DNA of 63,974 nucleotides, filler included, from Acidimicrobiia bacterium (GTDB lineage Bacteria > Actinomycetota > Acidimicrobiia > Spongiisociales > SHLN01), in assembly GCA_041619515.1 (NCBI GenBank). It is 6 parts of 6 records of this genome, joined end to end, with 100 filler letters (N's around TTAATTAATTAA, not from the genome) between each part and the next. Parts side by side here need not be neighbours in the genome. Positions count along the whole stretch, not along the records: positions 37,012 to 48,917 come from JBFKDW010000086.1; 5 more parts are not named here. One strand, 5' to 3'. Shown here piece after piece: positions 37,012-46,547 of the stretch. The translations under genes and the position numbers were made by a program. The stretch's first letter is position 1; each line of letters begins with the position of its first letter. The notes beneath the pieces are model-generated. The model saw nothing but the letters and a program-made list of their open reading frames with translations, made no database searches and was not told the DNA's origin.

Positions 37012-38129
37012 AAGCCGAGCTCATCGATGATCCTCAGCTCATGCTCGAGACGGGCTGCCGCCCCGGGTTCGACCCCACCGGCGCCATCTGGATACACATC
37101 CCGGGCACCCTCGAACACGAGATGACGCAAATAATCCATCTCGCTTCGGAAATGACCGGGCATGGGGAAATCGGGGAGGCGGGGAGCCACCAGCCGCAGA
37201 TCGAACGCCAGGCTCTCCCCCAACTCGGCGGCAGTGGCAACCGCCCCCGGAAAGGAAGCGAAGCGACGGGCCATCTCGGCCGGTGGCCGAAGGAAGCGTT
37301 CGTCGGTGGCAGGACGAAACCCGTCGGCGGCGTCAAGATCCCTCCGCCCACCAATGGCAGCCAACACCTCGGAGAGATCCACTCGATCACGGCTGTGATA
37401 GTGGACGTTGTTGGTAGCCACCACCGGGATTCGCATCCGTCCCGACATCTCGGCAAGCAGCCGGTTGCGTGGATCGTCCTCAGGCATCGCGTGGTCCCAC
37501 AGCTCGGCATAGAGACGATGGTCGAACACCTCTCGCAGCCTGCCGAGCTCCCGTCGCACGCCTGCCGCATCGCCCGCTGCTGCCGCCCGGGGCGCCGCCC
37601 CCTGGTGGCACCCCGTGAGTGCAACCAGCTCACCCCGCTTGGCGGCTGCCGCCAGGTCTTCCCATGCGTAGACCGGCCGGTCCTTCTCCCCGCGAAACTG
37701 TGCCCGCGTGATGAGCTCACCGAGCGCGGCATACCCCGCCGGTGAACCAGCCAGCAGCACGAGATGGTCGGTTGGATCCGACCCGACGGGCTTGGACCCA
37801 TGCATCTTGCGAATCCGACCCCGGCGCTTCAGATTGGGGCTCTGCGCCGTTTCGGGATTCCTGCCCGGTCCGGGGATGGGGTCGGGGTCGGGACGGCTCG
37901 CACCCACCGGCAGGCCGATCTCGGCCCCGTACACGGCGGGCAATCCAACCTCTCGAGCTGCTTCGTTGAACTGGACTGCGCCGTAGAACCCGTGGTGGTC
38001 CGTGACTGCCAGCGAGGTGTACCCGAGCTCGCCTGCCCGTTCCACCAGCTCAAACGGCCACGAGGCACCGTCGAGAAACGAGAAGTTGGAATGGCAATGG
38101 AGCTCGGCGTAGGCGACCACAATCACCAT
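37012..38129 (-). CDS. dnaE2: Error-prone DNA polymerase DnaE2 (N-terminal PHP part, truncated; true start may be GTG 38120)
   Basis: YAELHCHSNFSFLDGAS, LAVTDHHGFYG, VATNNVHYH, RLEHEL.II; SOS box directly upstream. Confidence 0.92.
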
Positions 38130-38149
38130 TATCGAACATATGTTCGATA
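38130..38149. promoter_or_regulatory. LexA (SOS) box within the dnaE2 promoter
   Basis: Perfect palindrome TATCGAACATATGTTCGATA (GAAC-N4-GTTC), in the spacer and -10 of TTGACA-N18-GATAAT on the minus strand (38157-38128). Confidence 0.92.
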
Positions 38150-38205
38150 CGTGTCAAACCGAGGAAACCCTCAAGCCGGCTCCCCGATGCGACGTCTCAG
38201 TACCC

Positions 38206-38703
38206 ATGTACACCTCGTTTCCGATCCGGGCCGTCCTCCTCAGCCTGACCGGTGCCCTGCTCGGGAGCACGTTGTGGCTGCTCATCGCGCTTGCCGCCGA
38301 CCTCGAGCGGGCCATACCGGCTTTGCTGGTTGGAGTGTTCGCCGGGGCCGCCACCCGCATCGAACCCTGGCGGGGCCGTGCCACCCAGTTGTTCTCACTT
38401 GCCTTCACCCTGGTCGGGCTCATGATCGTCCAGTACTTCGTCCTTCGCCATGCCGTCGTCACCCAGCTGGTCGATGCCGGTGAGAGCAGCTCGATCCCCA
38501 TGCTGCTTTCGCCGGCGGCCACGCTGTCTGTCACCTTCGGGTGGCTGCGCATCTATCCGATCGACATAGTGTTCTGGGCCGTGGCGGCTGCCGCCGGGTA
38601 TCTGCTCCCGGCCGGCTCCTGGGATGGGCTGGGAGTATCCGACACCTTCGTAGAACGGATGGACAGCGCGTACCATCGGGAAAGTGAAAACACCGCCCCC
38701 TGA
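38206..38703 (+). CDS. Hypothetical membrane protein (4 TM)
   Basis: Hydrophobic segments; PIDIVFWAVA motif. Confidence 0.7.
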   Translation: MYTSFPIRAVLLSLTGALLGSTLWLLIALAADLERAIPALLVGVFAGAATRIEPWRGRATQLFSLAFTLVGLMIVQYFVLRHAVVTQLVDAGESSSIPMLLSPAATLSVTFGWLRIYPIDIVFWAVAAAAGYLLPAGSWDGLGVSDTFVERMDSAYHRESENTAP

Positions 38704-39778
38704 CCTCGATGACGCCCGCCGCCGGATCGCGGCAGCCGAACTGGTGGCCGAAGCGAGCAATCATCTCACTGCCGATCTCTACTCGCAGCTCGAGTTCTCG
38801 GATCTCGTCGCGGTCAAGACTCTCCTGAAGAAGTTCTTTTCCGCCCAGCCCTGGGCAGAGGACGACTCGGCCCGGCTCGACGTCTTGCTGAGCCGCAACG
38901 TCGCCGAGCCGACCGGCTGGTTCGAACATCACCTGGGCGCCGGGCTGCGGCTCCTGCACGGATTCGATGACGGCACCTATCACCTGTGGGCAACGGGTGG
39001 AACCGATGAGGAGACCGGAGCATCCATCTTCGACCGTGCATTCGCCGGTCCGGTGCAGCCTGAGGCCACGCCCAATCCCCGCCACGTTCGGTTCGTCCTG
39101 GGCGGAACACCTTCGCCCGGAACGTGGTACCGGCGGGGAGACGACATCGACGACACGCGGGTGAGCTCGTTGCTGGCGGATGCCGACATCACCGATGTGC
39201 TGGTGGCCGGTGACTTCGTGGCCGTCGGCCTGCGGCGGGCGTCCATGTGGAAGGACCGGCTCGATGATCTGGTCGAAACCGTCACGACCTTGTTCTGGAC
39301 CCCCGAGCGGGTTCTCTCACAGCCGGACGGCCCGACCCGTGACGAGCTGGTGTCGGGACGGGCCGGGGGCACGGAGCTGCATCTCCTCGATCCCGACCAT
39401 CCGCCCAGCCGGAGAAGACTGCTCGCAGCATTGGAGAGCACCGATCCGAGGGCCCGGCGAATGGCCGTCGCCACCCTGGGCCAGTCATCCGATCCGGATG
39501 TCGCCATCTCCACCCTGAATGGCGCCTCCTCGGACCCGTCCCGGATCGTTCGCCGCACCGTCGTCGACGTCGCCGTTGACCTGGAAGCCGAGCCCGTGCG
39601 CCCGATCCTGGAGCGGGCGCTGGAGGACGAGGACGACTGGATCAGATGGAAGGCGGTCAAGGGCCTGTCGTTGCTCGGTCTGGGCGACAGCGCGCCACAG
39701 GTGGCGGGGCTCGCCGAGGACCCCGATTTTCACGTGCGATTCGAAGTCGCCGCCGCCCTCCGCAGAAACCGGCGCTAA
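38684..39778 (+). CDS. Nfu/NifU N-terminal (scaffold) domain + HEAT repeat protein
   Basis: EATPNPRHVRF...DFVAV....W (Nfu_N-like); repeats DP..R..AV..L, DEDDWIRWKAV, DPDFHVRFE. Confidence 0.8.
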   Translation: MKTPPPDLDDARRRIAAAELVAEASNHLTADLYSQLEFSDLVAVKTLLKKFFSAQPWAEDDSARLDVLLSRNVAEPTGWFEHHLGAGLRLLHGFDDGTYHLWATGGTDEETGASIFDRAFAGPVQPEATPNPRHVRFVLGGTPSPGTWYRRGDDIDDTRVSSLLADADITDVLVAGDFVAVGLRRASMWKDRLDDLVETVTTLFWTPERVLSQPDGPTRDELVSGRAGGTELHLLDPDHPPSRRRLLAALESTDPRARRMAVATLGQSSDPDVAISTLNGASSDPSRIVRRTVVDVAVDLEAEPVRPILERALEDEDDWIRWKAVKGLSLLGLGDSAPQVAGLAEDPDFHVRFEVAAALRRNRR

Positions 39779-40182
39779 GCCGCCGCCCGCTCGAGCCGCT
39801 TGGTCGGCCGAGACAAGATGTACCAGCAGATCGCGACCGCCAAAACGGCCAAGCCGACACCCAGGTACACGTTGCGAACCGCCAGCCCGATGGTCAGGGA
39901 AAAGCTGAGGGTCACCGCTACCACTCCGGTGATCTTCATGCGGCGAGTGAAGCCCTTCCCGTCCCGATAGTCGCGGATCATCGGTCCGAACAGCCGATGG
40001 TTGAGAATCCACTGGTGAAGCCGCTCGTTCCCCATCGCAAAGAAGAACGCAGCCAACACAATGAAATCGAAGGTGGGAATCCCGAGAACGCCGACACCGA
40101 TGAACCCCAGCCCGAGAAACAGGAGGCCGAGAATGGTGTATAGAACCCGGAGCACCCGGCTTCGGGACAACCTTTGCGACAT
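39775..40182 (-). CDS. YbaN (DUF454) family membrane protein
   Basis: GLGFIG..V.GIPT..F..LAAFFF....ERLH.W.LNH..FGP.IRDY. Confidence 0.92.
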   Translation of the reverse strand: MSQRLSRSRVLRVLYTILGLLFLGLGFIGVGVLGIPTFDFIVLAAFFFAMGNERLHQWILNHRLFGPMIRDYRDGKGFTRRMKITGVVAVTLSFSLTIGLAVRNVYLGVGLAVLAVAICWYILSRPTKRLERAAA

Positions 40183-40254
40183 GCGAGGAGCATACCGCTC
40201 CCGGCGGCACAACCCCGAGGGCGCGCCGGCCGCACAGAGCTCAGCCGCCGGACA

Positions 40255-40509
40255 CTACGAGGGGCGCTCCACACTCAGCACCCGGACCGCAAGAGCGCCC
40301 GGTGACAGCGGGTCGCCACCGATGTGGAAGATCAGCTCAGCGCCTTCCAATCGTGAACCGGCGGCGGCCTTTCCAAACTGGCGCTGCAGGGCGGCGGGCG
40401 AAATGTTGGAGAGCGCCCCGACCTCGACATGCACCCTGGTGGCCGGCCCACCATCGAGGCGAAGTTCCGCTTCCTCCATCAGGCGCTGCACCAATGATCC
40501 GTTCGACAT
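40255..40509 (-). CDS. Degenerate HypA-like protein (no Ni-binding His, no Zn finger)
   Basis: SLVQRL.....V.VEVGALS.ISP.AL...F..AA.GS.LEGAEL, with C-terminal VRVLSVE. Confidence 0.65.
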   Translation of the reverse strand: MSNGSLVQRLMEEAELRLDGGPATRVHVEVGALSNISPAALQRQFGKAAAGSRLEGAELIFHIGGDPLSPGALAVRVLSVERPS

Positions 40510-40567
40510 GAGACATTATCGGCACCCGTGACAAAATCCTGGATGGAACGAACCTAGGCTCCACCCG

Positions 40568-40987
40568 ATGCGCATTCTCTTCGTCTGTACCGGCAACATC
40601 TGCCGTTCTCCCTTTGCCGAAGCGCTGGCGCGTCACCTGTCCCCCGACCCCCGCTTCGAGTTTGCCAGCGCCGGCACGTTCGCGATAGACGGAGCTCCCG
40701 CCACCCGCGCCGGCATCACTGTTGCGACCCGGCTGGGCGCAGCCATGGCAAACCATCGAGCGACCCCCCTGACCGGGGCCGTCGTGACGCACGCCGACCG
40801 TGTCTACGGCATGGAGGACGACCATGTGTCGGCGGTGCTAGCCCTCGACCCTGGGGCCCGCGTCGAGCTGCTCGACCCCGCCGGCGCTCCGGTCGCCGAC
40901 CCCTACGGTGGCAGCAGCACCGAGTATCAGGCGAGCTTCCTGCACATCCGCCAGGCATTGCTGCAGCGGCTGAACGAGTGGACGTGA
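40568..40987 (+). CDS. Low-molecular-weight protein-tyrosine phosphatase family
   Basis: ILFVCTGNICRSP, SAGT, DPYG. Confidence 0.93.
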   Translation: MRILFVCTGNICRSPFAEALARHLSPDPRFEFASAGTFAIDGAPATRAGITVATRLGAAMANHRATPLTGAVVTHADRVYGMEDDHVSAVLALDPGARVELLDPAGAPVADPYGGSSTEYQASFLHIRQALLQRLNEWT

Positions 40988-41043
40988 CCTTGCCGCAAGG
41001 GCGCATCGACAGCCTAAGCTGACCACATGAGGAGGCCCATCAC

Positions 41044-42831
41044 ATGAAAGAGTTTCACCTGCCCGCCCTTGTAGAGGTCGGTTCCGACGACAACGCGATC
41101 GCTGCCCTATTCGACGAGGCCGAAAAGCACCCGGACCGGCCGGCAATCGCCTATCGCGATGGAGACCATTTCGTAGATGTCGGCCTCGGAGATTTCGCAC
41201 AGAACGTCCGCAAGCTCGCCGCCGGCCTGATCGCGCTCGGCATCGAGCCGGGATCGAAGATCGCCTTGCACTCAGGCACCCGCCCCGAGTTCACCTATTT
41301 CGACTACGCCATTTGGGCAGCGGGTTGCGTGACCGTTCCCATCTACGAGACCTCCTCCGAGGAGCAGGTCGAATGGATCATCGGTAACAGTGAGGCGGTA
41401 GCGGTCATTTCCGAAACCCAGGAGATGAAAGACACATTCGATTCCGTCTCCGACAGCATCCCAACCTGTGAACATTCCATCGTGATCGAGCACGGCGGTT
41501 TCGACCACCTCCTCGAGATCGGTGCCGGCATCGACCCCGCCGAAGTGGACCGGCGATGGAAGGCCATCAAGGCGGAGGACCTCGCCACCCTGGTGTACAC
41601 GTCGGGAACCACCGGCCGGCCCAAGGGGTGCATGCTCACCCATCACAACTTCATCTTCCTGGTTCGCCAGCTGGTAGCGGCGGTCCCGCCCGCCTTTCAC
41701 GAGGGGAGCTCAACCCTGTTCTTCCTGCCGCTCGCACACATCTTTGCCAGAGTGGCACAGGTCAGCTGCGTGACGGCAGGCGTCAAGCTCGGGTACTCGA
41801 CCGGAGTGCCACAGCTTCTCGAAGAACTGGCGATGTACCGGCCGACGTGGCTGTTCAGCGTTCCCCGCGTGTTCGAGAAGGTGTACAACGGAGCCCAGCA
41901 GAAGGCCCATTCGGAGGGCAAGGGCAAGATCTTCGATCACGCCGCCAAGGTGGCAGAAGAGTATTCCCGCCAGCGGCAAGCGGGCCGCGTCAAGCCGCTC
42001 ACCAAGGTGCAGCATGCGGTGTTCGACAAGCTCGTGTACTCGAAGCTGCGGGAGGCCTTCGGCGGCCGGGTCGACTACGCCATATCGGGTGGCGCCGCTC
42101 TAGGGGAACGCCTCGGCCATTTCTTCACTGGAATCGGCATCCATATCCTCGAGGGGTACGGACTCACCGAGACTACGGCCGGCTCCACATTGAACCGGCC
42201 CGATGCGACCGAGGTCGGCAGCGTCGGACAGCCGATTCCCGGTGTGAGCGTGGCAATTGCCGATGACGGGGAGGTGCTCCTCAAGGGCCCCAACATCATG
42301 CGCGGCTACTTCAAGAACGATACCGCCACCGCCGAGTCGATTGACGCCGACGGCTGGTTCCACACCGGGGACATCGGCGAGCTCGACGGTGCCGGGTTCC
42401 TTCGCATCACGGGACGCAAGAAGGAGATTCTCGTCACCGCCGCCGGCAAGAACGTGGCTCCAGCGGTGATCGAAGACCGCATCCGGGCCCACCCTCTCAT
42501 CAGTCAGGCGATGGTGGTCGGAGACGGCGAGAAGTTCGTCGCCTGCCTCATCACCATCGACGAGGAGGCGTTTCCGGCCTGGGCGGCGGAGAAGGGGAAG
42601 GGCGGCAGCGGCGTCGCAGATCTATTGGACGACCCCGACTTGCGGGAAACGGTCCAGGAGGCCATCGACGACGGCAATAGGGCGGTGTCGCGGGCCGAAG
42701 CAGTTCGCGAGTTTCGGATCCTTCCGGACGACTTCACGATCGACAGCGGCGAAATCACTCCGACCCTCAAGCTGCGACGGGCGGTCGTGATGAAGAAATA
42801 CGCGAGCACGCTCGAGGACATCTACCGCTGA
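41044..42831 (+). CDS. fadD: Long-chain fatty acid--CoA ligase (FadD15-like)
   Basis: YTSGTTGRPKG, LPLAH, EGYGLTET, TGDIG, GKNVAP, TPTLKLRR; GAGGAGG RBS. Confidence 0.93.
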   Translation: MKEFHLPALVEVGSDDNAIAALFDEAEKHPDRPAIAYRDGDHFVDVGLGDFAQNVRKLAAGLIALGIEPGSKIALHSGTRPEFTYFDYAIWAAGCVTVPIYETSSEEQVEWIIGNSEAVAVISETQEMKDTFDSVSDSIPTCEHSIVIEHGGFDHLLEIGAGIDPAEVDRRWKAIKAEDLATLVYTSGTTGRPKGCMLTHHNFIFLVRQLVAAVPPAFHEGSSTLFFLPLAHIFARVAQVSCVTAGVKLGYSTGVPQLLEELAMYRPTWLFSVPRVFEKVYNGAQQKAHSEGKGKIFDHAAKVAEEYSRQRQAGRVKPLTKVQHAVFDKLVYSKLREAFGGRVDYAISGGAALGERLGHFFTGIGIHILEGYGLTETTAGSTLNRPDATEVGSVGQPIPGVSVAIADDGEVLLKGPNIMRGYFKNDTATAESIDADGWFHTGDIGELDGAGFLRITGRKKEILVTAAGKNVAPAVIEDRIRAHPLISQAMVVGDGEKFVACLITIDEEAFPAWAAEKGKGGSGVADLLDDPDLRETVQEAIDDGNRAVSRAEAVREFRILPDDFTIDSGEITPTLKLRRAVVMKKYASTLEDIYR

Positions 42832-42832
42832 G

Positions 42833-43561
42833 CTAGCCGATGAAGGAGTCGTAGCCGAGGCCGATGAGGTAGCTGGCGACCGCGCCCACCCCGGCTACTG
42901 CGATGTTCTCGAGGCCGCTGGTCACGGGGTTCTTGCGGGTCATCTGAGTCTTCGCAGCCCCGACGGCGAATAGGCCGACGGCGGCCGCGAGGGCGGCGAC
43001 GACCAGCGCTTCATCCGGGTTGCTCATGAACACAAACGGGAGGACGCTGGGGAGCGAGCCGGTCAGAAACAGGAGGCCGGACGCCACCATTGCAAACAGC
43101 GGATTGCGGCGGCCGTCGTCGGTCACCCCGAACTCGAACGCCTTCATGAGCTCCATCAGCACGTCCTCGTCCTCGGCAGCCGAGGCAACCACCGCTTCGA
43201 TGGCAGCCGGGGCGATCCCTATGTTCGCCAGATAGTCGCGCACCTCGTCGAGCTCACGGTCCTTGTAATACTTGAAGTGCTCGCGCTCCAGCTCGAGCTC
43301 GCCGTCGATGGCCTCCTCCTGAGACTTCGTCGCCATGTACTCACCTGCTGCCATCGAGACGGCGCCTGCGAAGGCCCCGGCGAGCGCCGCCAGGAGCACG
43401 ACCTTGGAGCTCTGGCCTCCGCCGACCACGCCGACGACGAGCAGGAATATCGAGACCAGACCGTCGTTGACGCCCAGGATGATGTCCCGTAGGTATTGGG
43501 ACCGGGGACCCAGGTGCTCGCGGTACGGCGGGATTTCCTCTGCGGCGGTGGGAGCGGACAT
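42833..43561 (-). CDS. VIT1/CCC1 family Fe/Mn transporter
   Basis: LRDIILGVNDGLVS, AGAVSMAAGEYMA..SQ.E. Confidence 0.93.
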   Translation of the reverse strand: MSAPTAAEEIPPYREHLGPRSQYLRDIILGVNDGLVSIFLLVVGVVGGGQSSKVVLLAALAGAFAGAVSMAAGEYMATKSQEEAIDGELELEREHFKYYKDRELDEVRDYLANIGIAPAAIEAVVASAAEDEDVLMELMKAFEFGVTDDGRRNPLFAMVASGLLFLTGSLPSVLPFVFMSNPDEALVVAALAAAVGLFAVGAAKTQMTRKNPVTSGLENIAVAGVGAVASYLIGLGYDSFIG

Positions 43562-43598
43562 CGCTACCTATGGTACCTACGCGAGCGCGAACTCCCTG

Positions 43599-44252
43599 CT
43601 AGCGACGGGCACCGAGCATGAGGAGAGCCTGGTCCATCCACTCGTACCACGCCAGGGTCATCTCCGCCCGATCTATGAAACGGGCCGGGTACAGCGGAGC
43701 GCCGACCGCCACTCGGATCGGATGTCGCCGGAGCTTGAGATCCTCGAGGCCCATCGCTTGGCCCGTCCCCCACAGCGCCATCGGAACCAGCGGGCAGCGG
43801 GCCCGGATGGCCAGCCACGCCGCCCCCTGCTTGGGGGGGCTCTCCCCCCACTCACTGACCCTCCGGCCCTCCGGGAACAGCGCGACTGCGCCGCCTCCGT
43901 TGAGGTGGTTCAGCGCAGTGCGCATCGATCGCAGAGGCACCGTTCCCCGCGGCATCGGAATCACCCCCAGGTAGTAGGTGAGCGCATCGAAGAATTTCGA
44001 GCGGCCGAACAGCTCGTCGACGCCCAGGAAACGGGTGGGGCGGCCGGCTGCTACCGCCGCCACAAACGGGTCGACGTGGCTGAAATGGTTGGCGGCTATC
44101 ACCAGTGGGCCGCGTGGGATCGCATTCTCACCGACGATCTCGAAATCCCACACCTTGCGCAGCGCCGGTTCGACAATCCGATGTGCGCCCCTCCACAGAT
44201 TGTGAGCCGCGATCGGGAATCCCGGTGAAAAGCGGGGCTGTACGACGGACAC
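43599..44252 (-). CDS. Lysophospholipid acyltransferase (PlsC-like)
   Basis: NHFSHVD (NHxxxxD) and LFPEGRR motifs. Confidence 0.9.
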   Translation of the reverse strand: MSVVQPRFSPGFPIAAHNLWRGAHRIVEPALRKVWDFEIVGENAIPRGPLVIAANHFSHVDPFVAAVAAGRPTRFLGVDELFGRSKFFDALTYYLGVIPMPRGTVPLRSMRTALNHLNGGGAVALFPEGRRVSEWGESPPKQGAAWLAIRARCPLVPMALWGTGQAMGLEDLKLRRHPIRVAVGAPLYPARFIDRAEMTLAWYEWMDQALLMLGARR

Positions 44253-44291
44253 CCCCGGACTCTAGAATCCCCGGCGCGGAGGTACGAACAG

Positions 44292-45053
44292 ATGAGCGTG
44301 ACTCGGAAATGGCCCCTGCTTCCCCTGGCGGGTGGTGCGGCCGTCATGGGACAGATTCTCTATGCCGCCCACCGTCCCGACCTTCCCTCATACGACAACT
44401 ATGAGACCTCCGGCGCCCTCGGAGACCCCTCGCGACCGGGCCTGAGGCTGGTTGCGCTGGGCGACAGCTCGATTACCGCCCCCGGCGCCGACCGGGTGGA
44501 CGACGCGTGGATCCGGAGAGTCGCAGAGGCCCTGACCGACAGATACTTCGTGCATCTCCACGCCGTGGCCGTCGGCGGGGCCAAAGCGTCCGACGTGCTG
44601 GCCCACCAACTGCAACCCGCTCTCTCACTGCAGCCCGAGCTTGCCATCGTTTCAGTTGCTGCCAACGACGCGATACGAGGAGTCCCTGCGCGGCGGTTCG
44701 AGCGACAGCTCGATGAGATCGTCCGGTCGCTGGTCGGAGCCGGTTCCCTGGTCGTGGTGGTCGGCGTCGGGGATATCGGCTCGGTCCCTCGATTGCCCGG
44801 CTTCCTTCGCTGGTACCTGACCAAGCGCTCGGCAATGATGGACGAGGTTTCTGCGGCAGTGACGAGACGCTACCCGGGCGCCGTCAAGGTCGATGTGCGG
44901 GGGGAGCTGTCGGAGGCATTTTGGAGGGATCCGACGATGTTTGCCGGTGATCGTTTCCACGCCTCGAGCTATGGCCACGAGCACTTTGCCCACCATATCC
45001 TGGTTGCAGTCGACCGGGCACTGGCGGAATCTCCCGATCACCGGCGCAGGTGA
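44292..45053 (+). CDS. SGNH/GDSL hydrolase
   Basis: LGDSS, AND, DRFH motifs. Confidence 0.88.
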   Translation: MSVTRKWPLLPLAGGAAVMGQILYAAHRPDLPSYDNYETSGALGDPSRPGLRLVALGDSSITAPGADRVDDAWIRRVAEALTDRYFVHLHAVAVGGAKASDVLAHQLQPALSLQPELAIVSVAANDAIRGVPARRFERQLDEIVRSLVGAGSLVVVVGVGDIGSVPRLPGFLRWYLTKRSAMMDEVSAAVTRRYPGAVKVDVRGELSEAFWRDPTMFAGDRFHASSYGHEHFAHHILVAVDRALAESPDHRRR

Positions 45054-45390
45054 TCGGCGCTCGAACGGCTAGGCGGCCTCGTTGAGGTCCTGGTGGTCGG
45101 CGCAGTATGCGTCGCCGCTTTCCCGAACCAGGCAGCAGCCGAGCGCCACGCAAATGCAAGTCGGTTTCATAGTCCCCTCATCGGCATGATCTCGAAAAAA
45201 CTGATCGCGAAAAAGAAATTAGGAGGAACCTCCCACCGGATGCAAATAGCTCGACCGCGCTTCGTCGGACTGCCTGTCACTCAAGGTGGCGAGCCCGCCG
45301 ACCAACACGACAAGCAATCGGACATCAGACTAGATTCACGTGGAAACGCGAAACCAATCCTTGAACTGGGCCGTGCAGGCGGCGGGAGAC

Positions 45391-46524
45391 ATGGGAACGA
45401 GAACAAGACGGTTTGGTCTCTATCTGTCCGACCTCAACCGCGACAGGAACGACAGTCACGGGATCATCAACTATGCGATCGGGCTGGCCAATGCCCTCCC
45501 GCGGGCCATCGGGGCAGCCGAGCGCCTCTTCATCTACGCCAACCCTGCCATCATTCACGAGCTCGACGCAGTCGAGTCCGAGCGGGTCACCATCCGCCGC
45601 ACTCCTCCCCCAACACCCGCCCAGCGGCTCCTGTCCGACCACTGGATGGGCATTCGCCGCGCCGCTCGGGATGACATCGCCGTTCTCCACTTCCCGAAAG
45701 GGTTCATCCCGATAGTTCCGCCCGGCCGCACCCGCCTGGTGGCAACGCTGCACGACGACATCCCGCTGATGTACTCCCGGGGAGACTTCGGACGCGAGCA
45801 CATATCTCTCAAGTCCCGCTACTTCACGTTCTCGCTGAAACACACGCTGCGGCGGGCGCACGCCCTCGTCACCGTGTCCGACACCTCACTCGGCCGCTTC
45901 ATGGATCTCGCCAAGAAGACGGAAGTCTCGATGCCTCCGAGCTTCATCTCCTACCAGGGGATCACCCTGCCACTGGCAGACCCGATCCCGGTCGAGGACA
46001 AGAGGCCGGTGCTGCTCCACATCGGCTCGAACAAGCCTCACAAGCGCTCGTTCGAGGCCATCGAGTTCATGCTGGAGTACGCTCGGTCCTCGCCGCTCGA
46101 CCTTCGGCTGACGATTCTCGGCACCCTGACCCGTGAAGCCGAGCTCCTCCTCCAGAAGAGCTCGGCCAATCGGATCAAGCGAACGCTCTCCGGCCATGAG
46201 CTCGCCCGCATGCTCGGGCAATCCCGGGCGCTGGTGTTCAACTCGGAGCGGGAAGGCTTCGGGCTCCCCCCGGTCGAGGCGTACGCGCTCGGCACACCCG
46301 CCGTCTTCGCCAGAACCGACGTGATGGTGGAGGTACTCGGCTCCACACCAGGTGCCTATAGCCCGCGCAGCTATGAGGGATTCTCCCAGGCCATGGACTC
46401 GGTCCTGGCGCTCGACACCGGCGACCTGTCGAGGATCCGACAGAGCATCCTCGACCAATACAGCTGGGATGCGGTAGCGCGCGAGACGGTGAAGGCCTAC
46501 CGGCAGGTGGCCGCCGACGGCTGA
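45391..46524 (+). CDS. Glycosyltransferase family 4
   Basis: TLHDDIP, TVS, EGFGLPPVEA..LGTP, YSW; start may be 45340. Confidence 0.88.
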   Translation: MGTRTRRFGLYLSDLNRDRNDSHGIINYAIGLANALPRAIGAAERLFIYANPAIIHELDAVESERVTIRRTPPPTPAQRLLSDHWMGIRRAARDDIAVLHFPKGFIPIVPPGRTRLVATLHDDIPLMYSRGDFGREHISLKSRYFTFSLKHTLRRAHALVTVSDTSLGRFMDLAKKTEVSMPPSFISYQGITLPLADPIPVEDKRPVLLHIGSNKPHKRSFEAIEFMLEYARSSPLDLRLTILGTLTREAELLLQKSSANRIKRTLSGHELARMLGQSRALVFNSEREGFGLPPVEAYALGTPAVFARTDVMVEVLGSTPGAYSPRSYEGFSQAMDSVLALDTGDLSRIRQSILDQYSWDAVARETVKAYRQVAADG

Positions 46525-46547
46525 ACCGACGGGTAGCCTGACCGTCG

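Noticed and set aside
38140..38205. ATG at 38140 as the start of the + strand membrane gene
   Set aside because: This ATG lies inside the LexA palindrome; the membrane-protein-like sequence begins at 38206.
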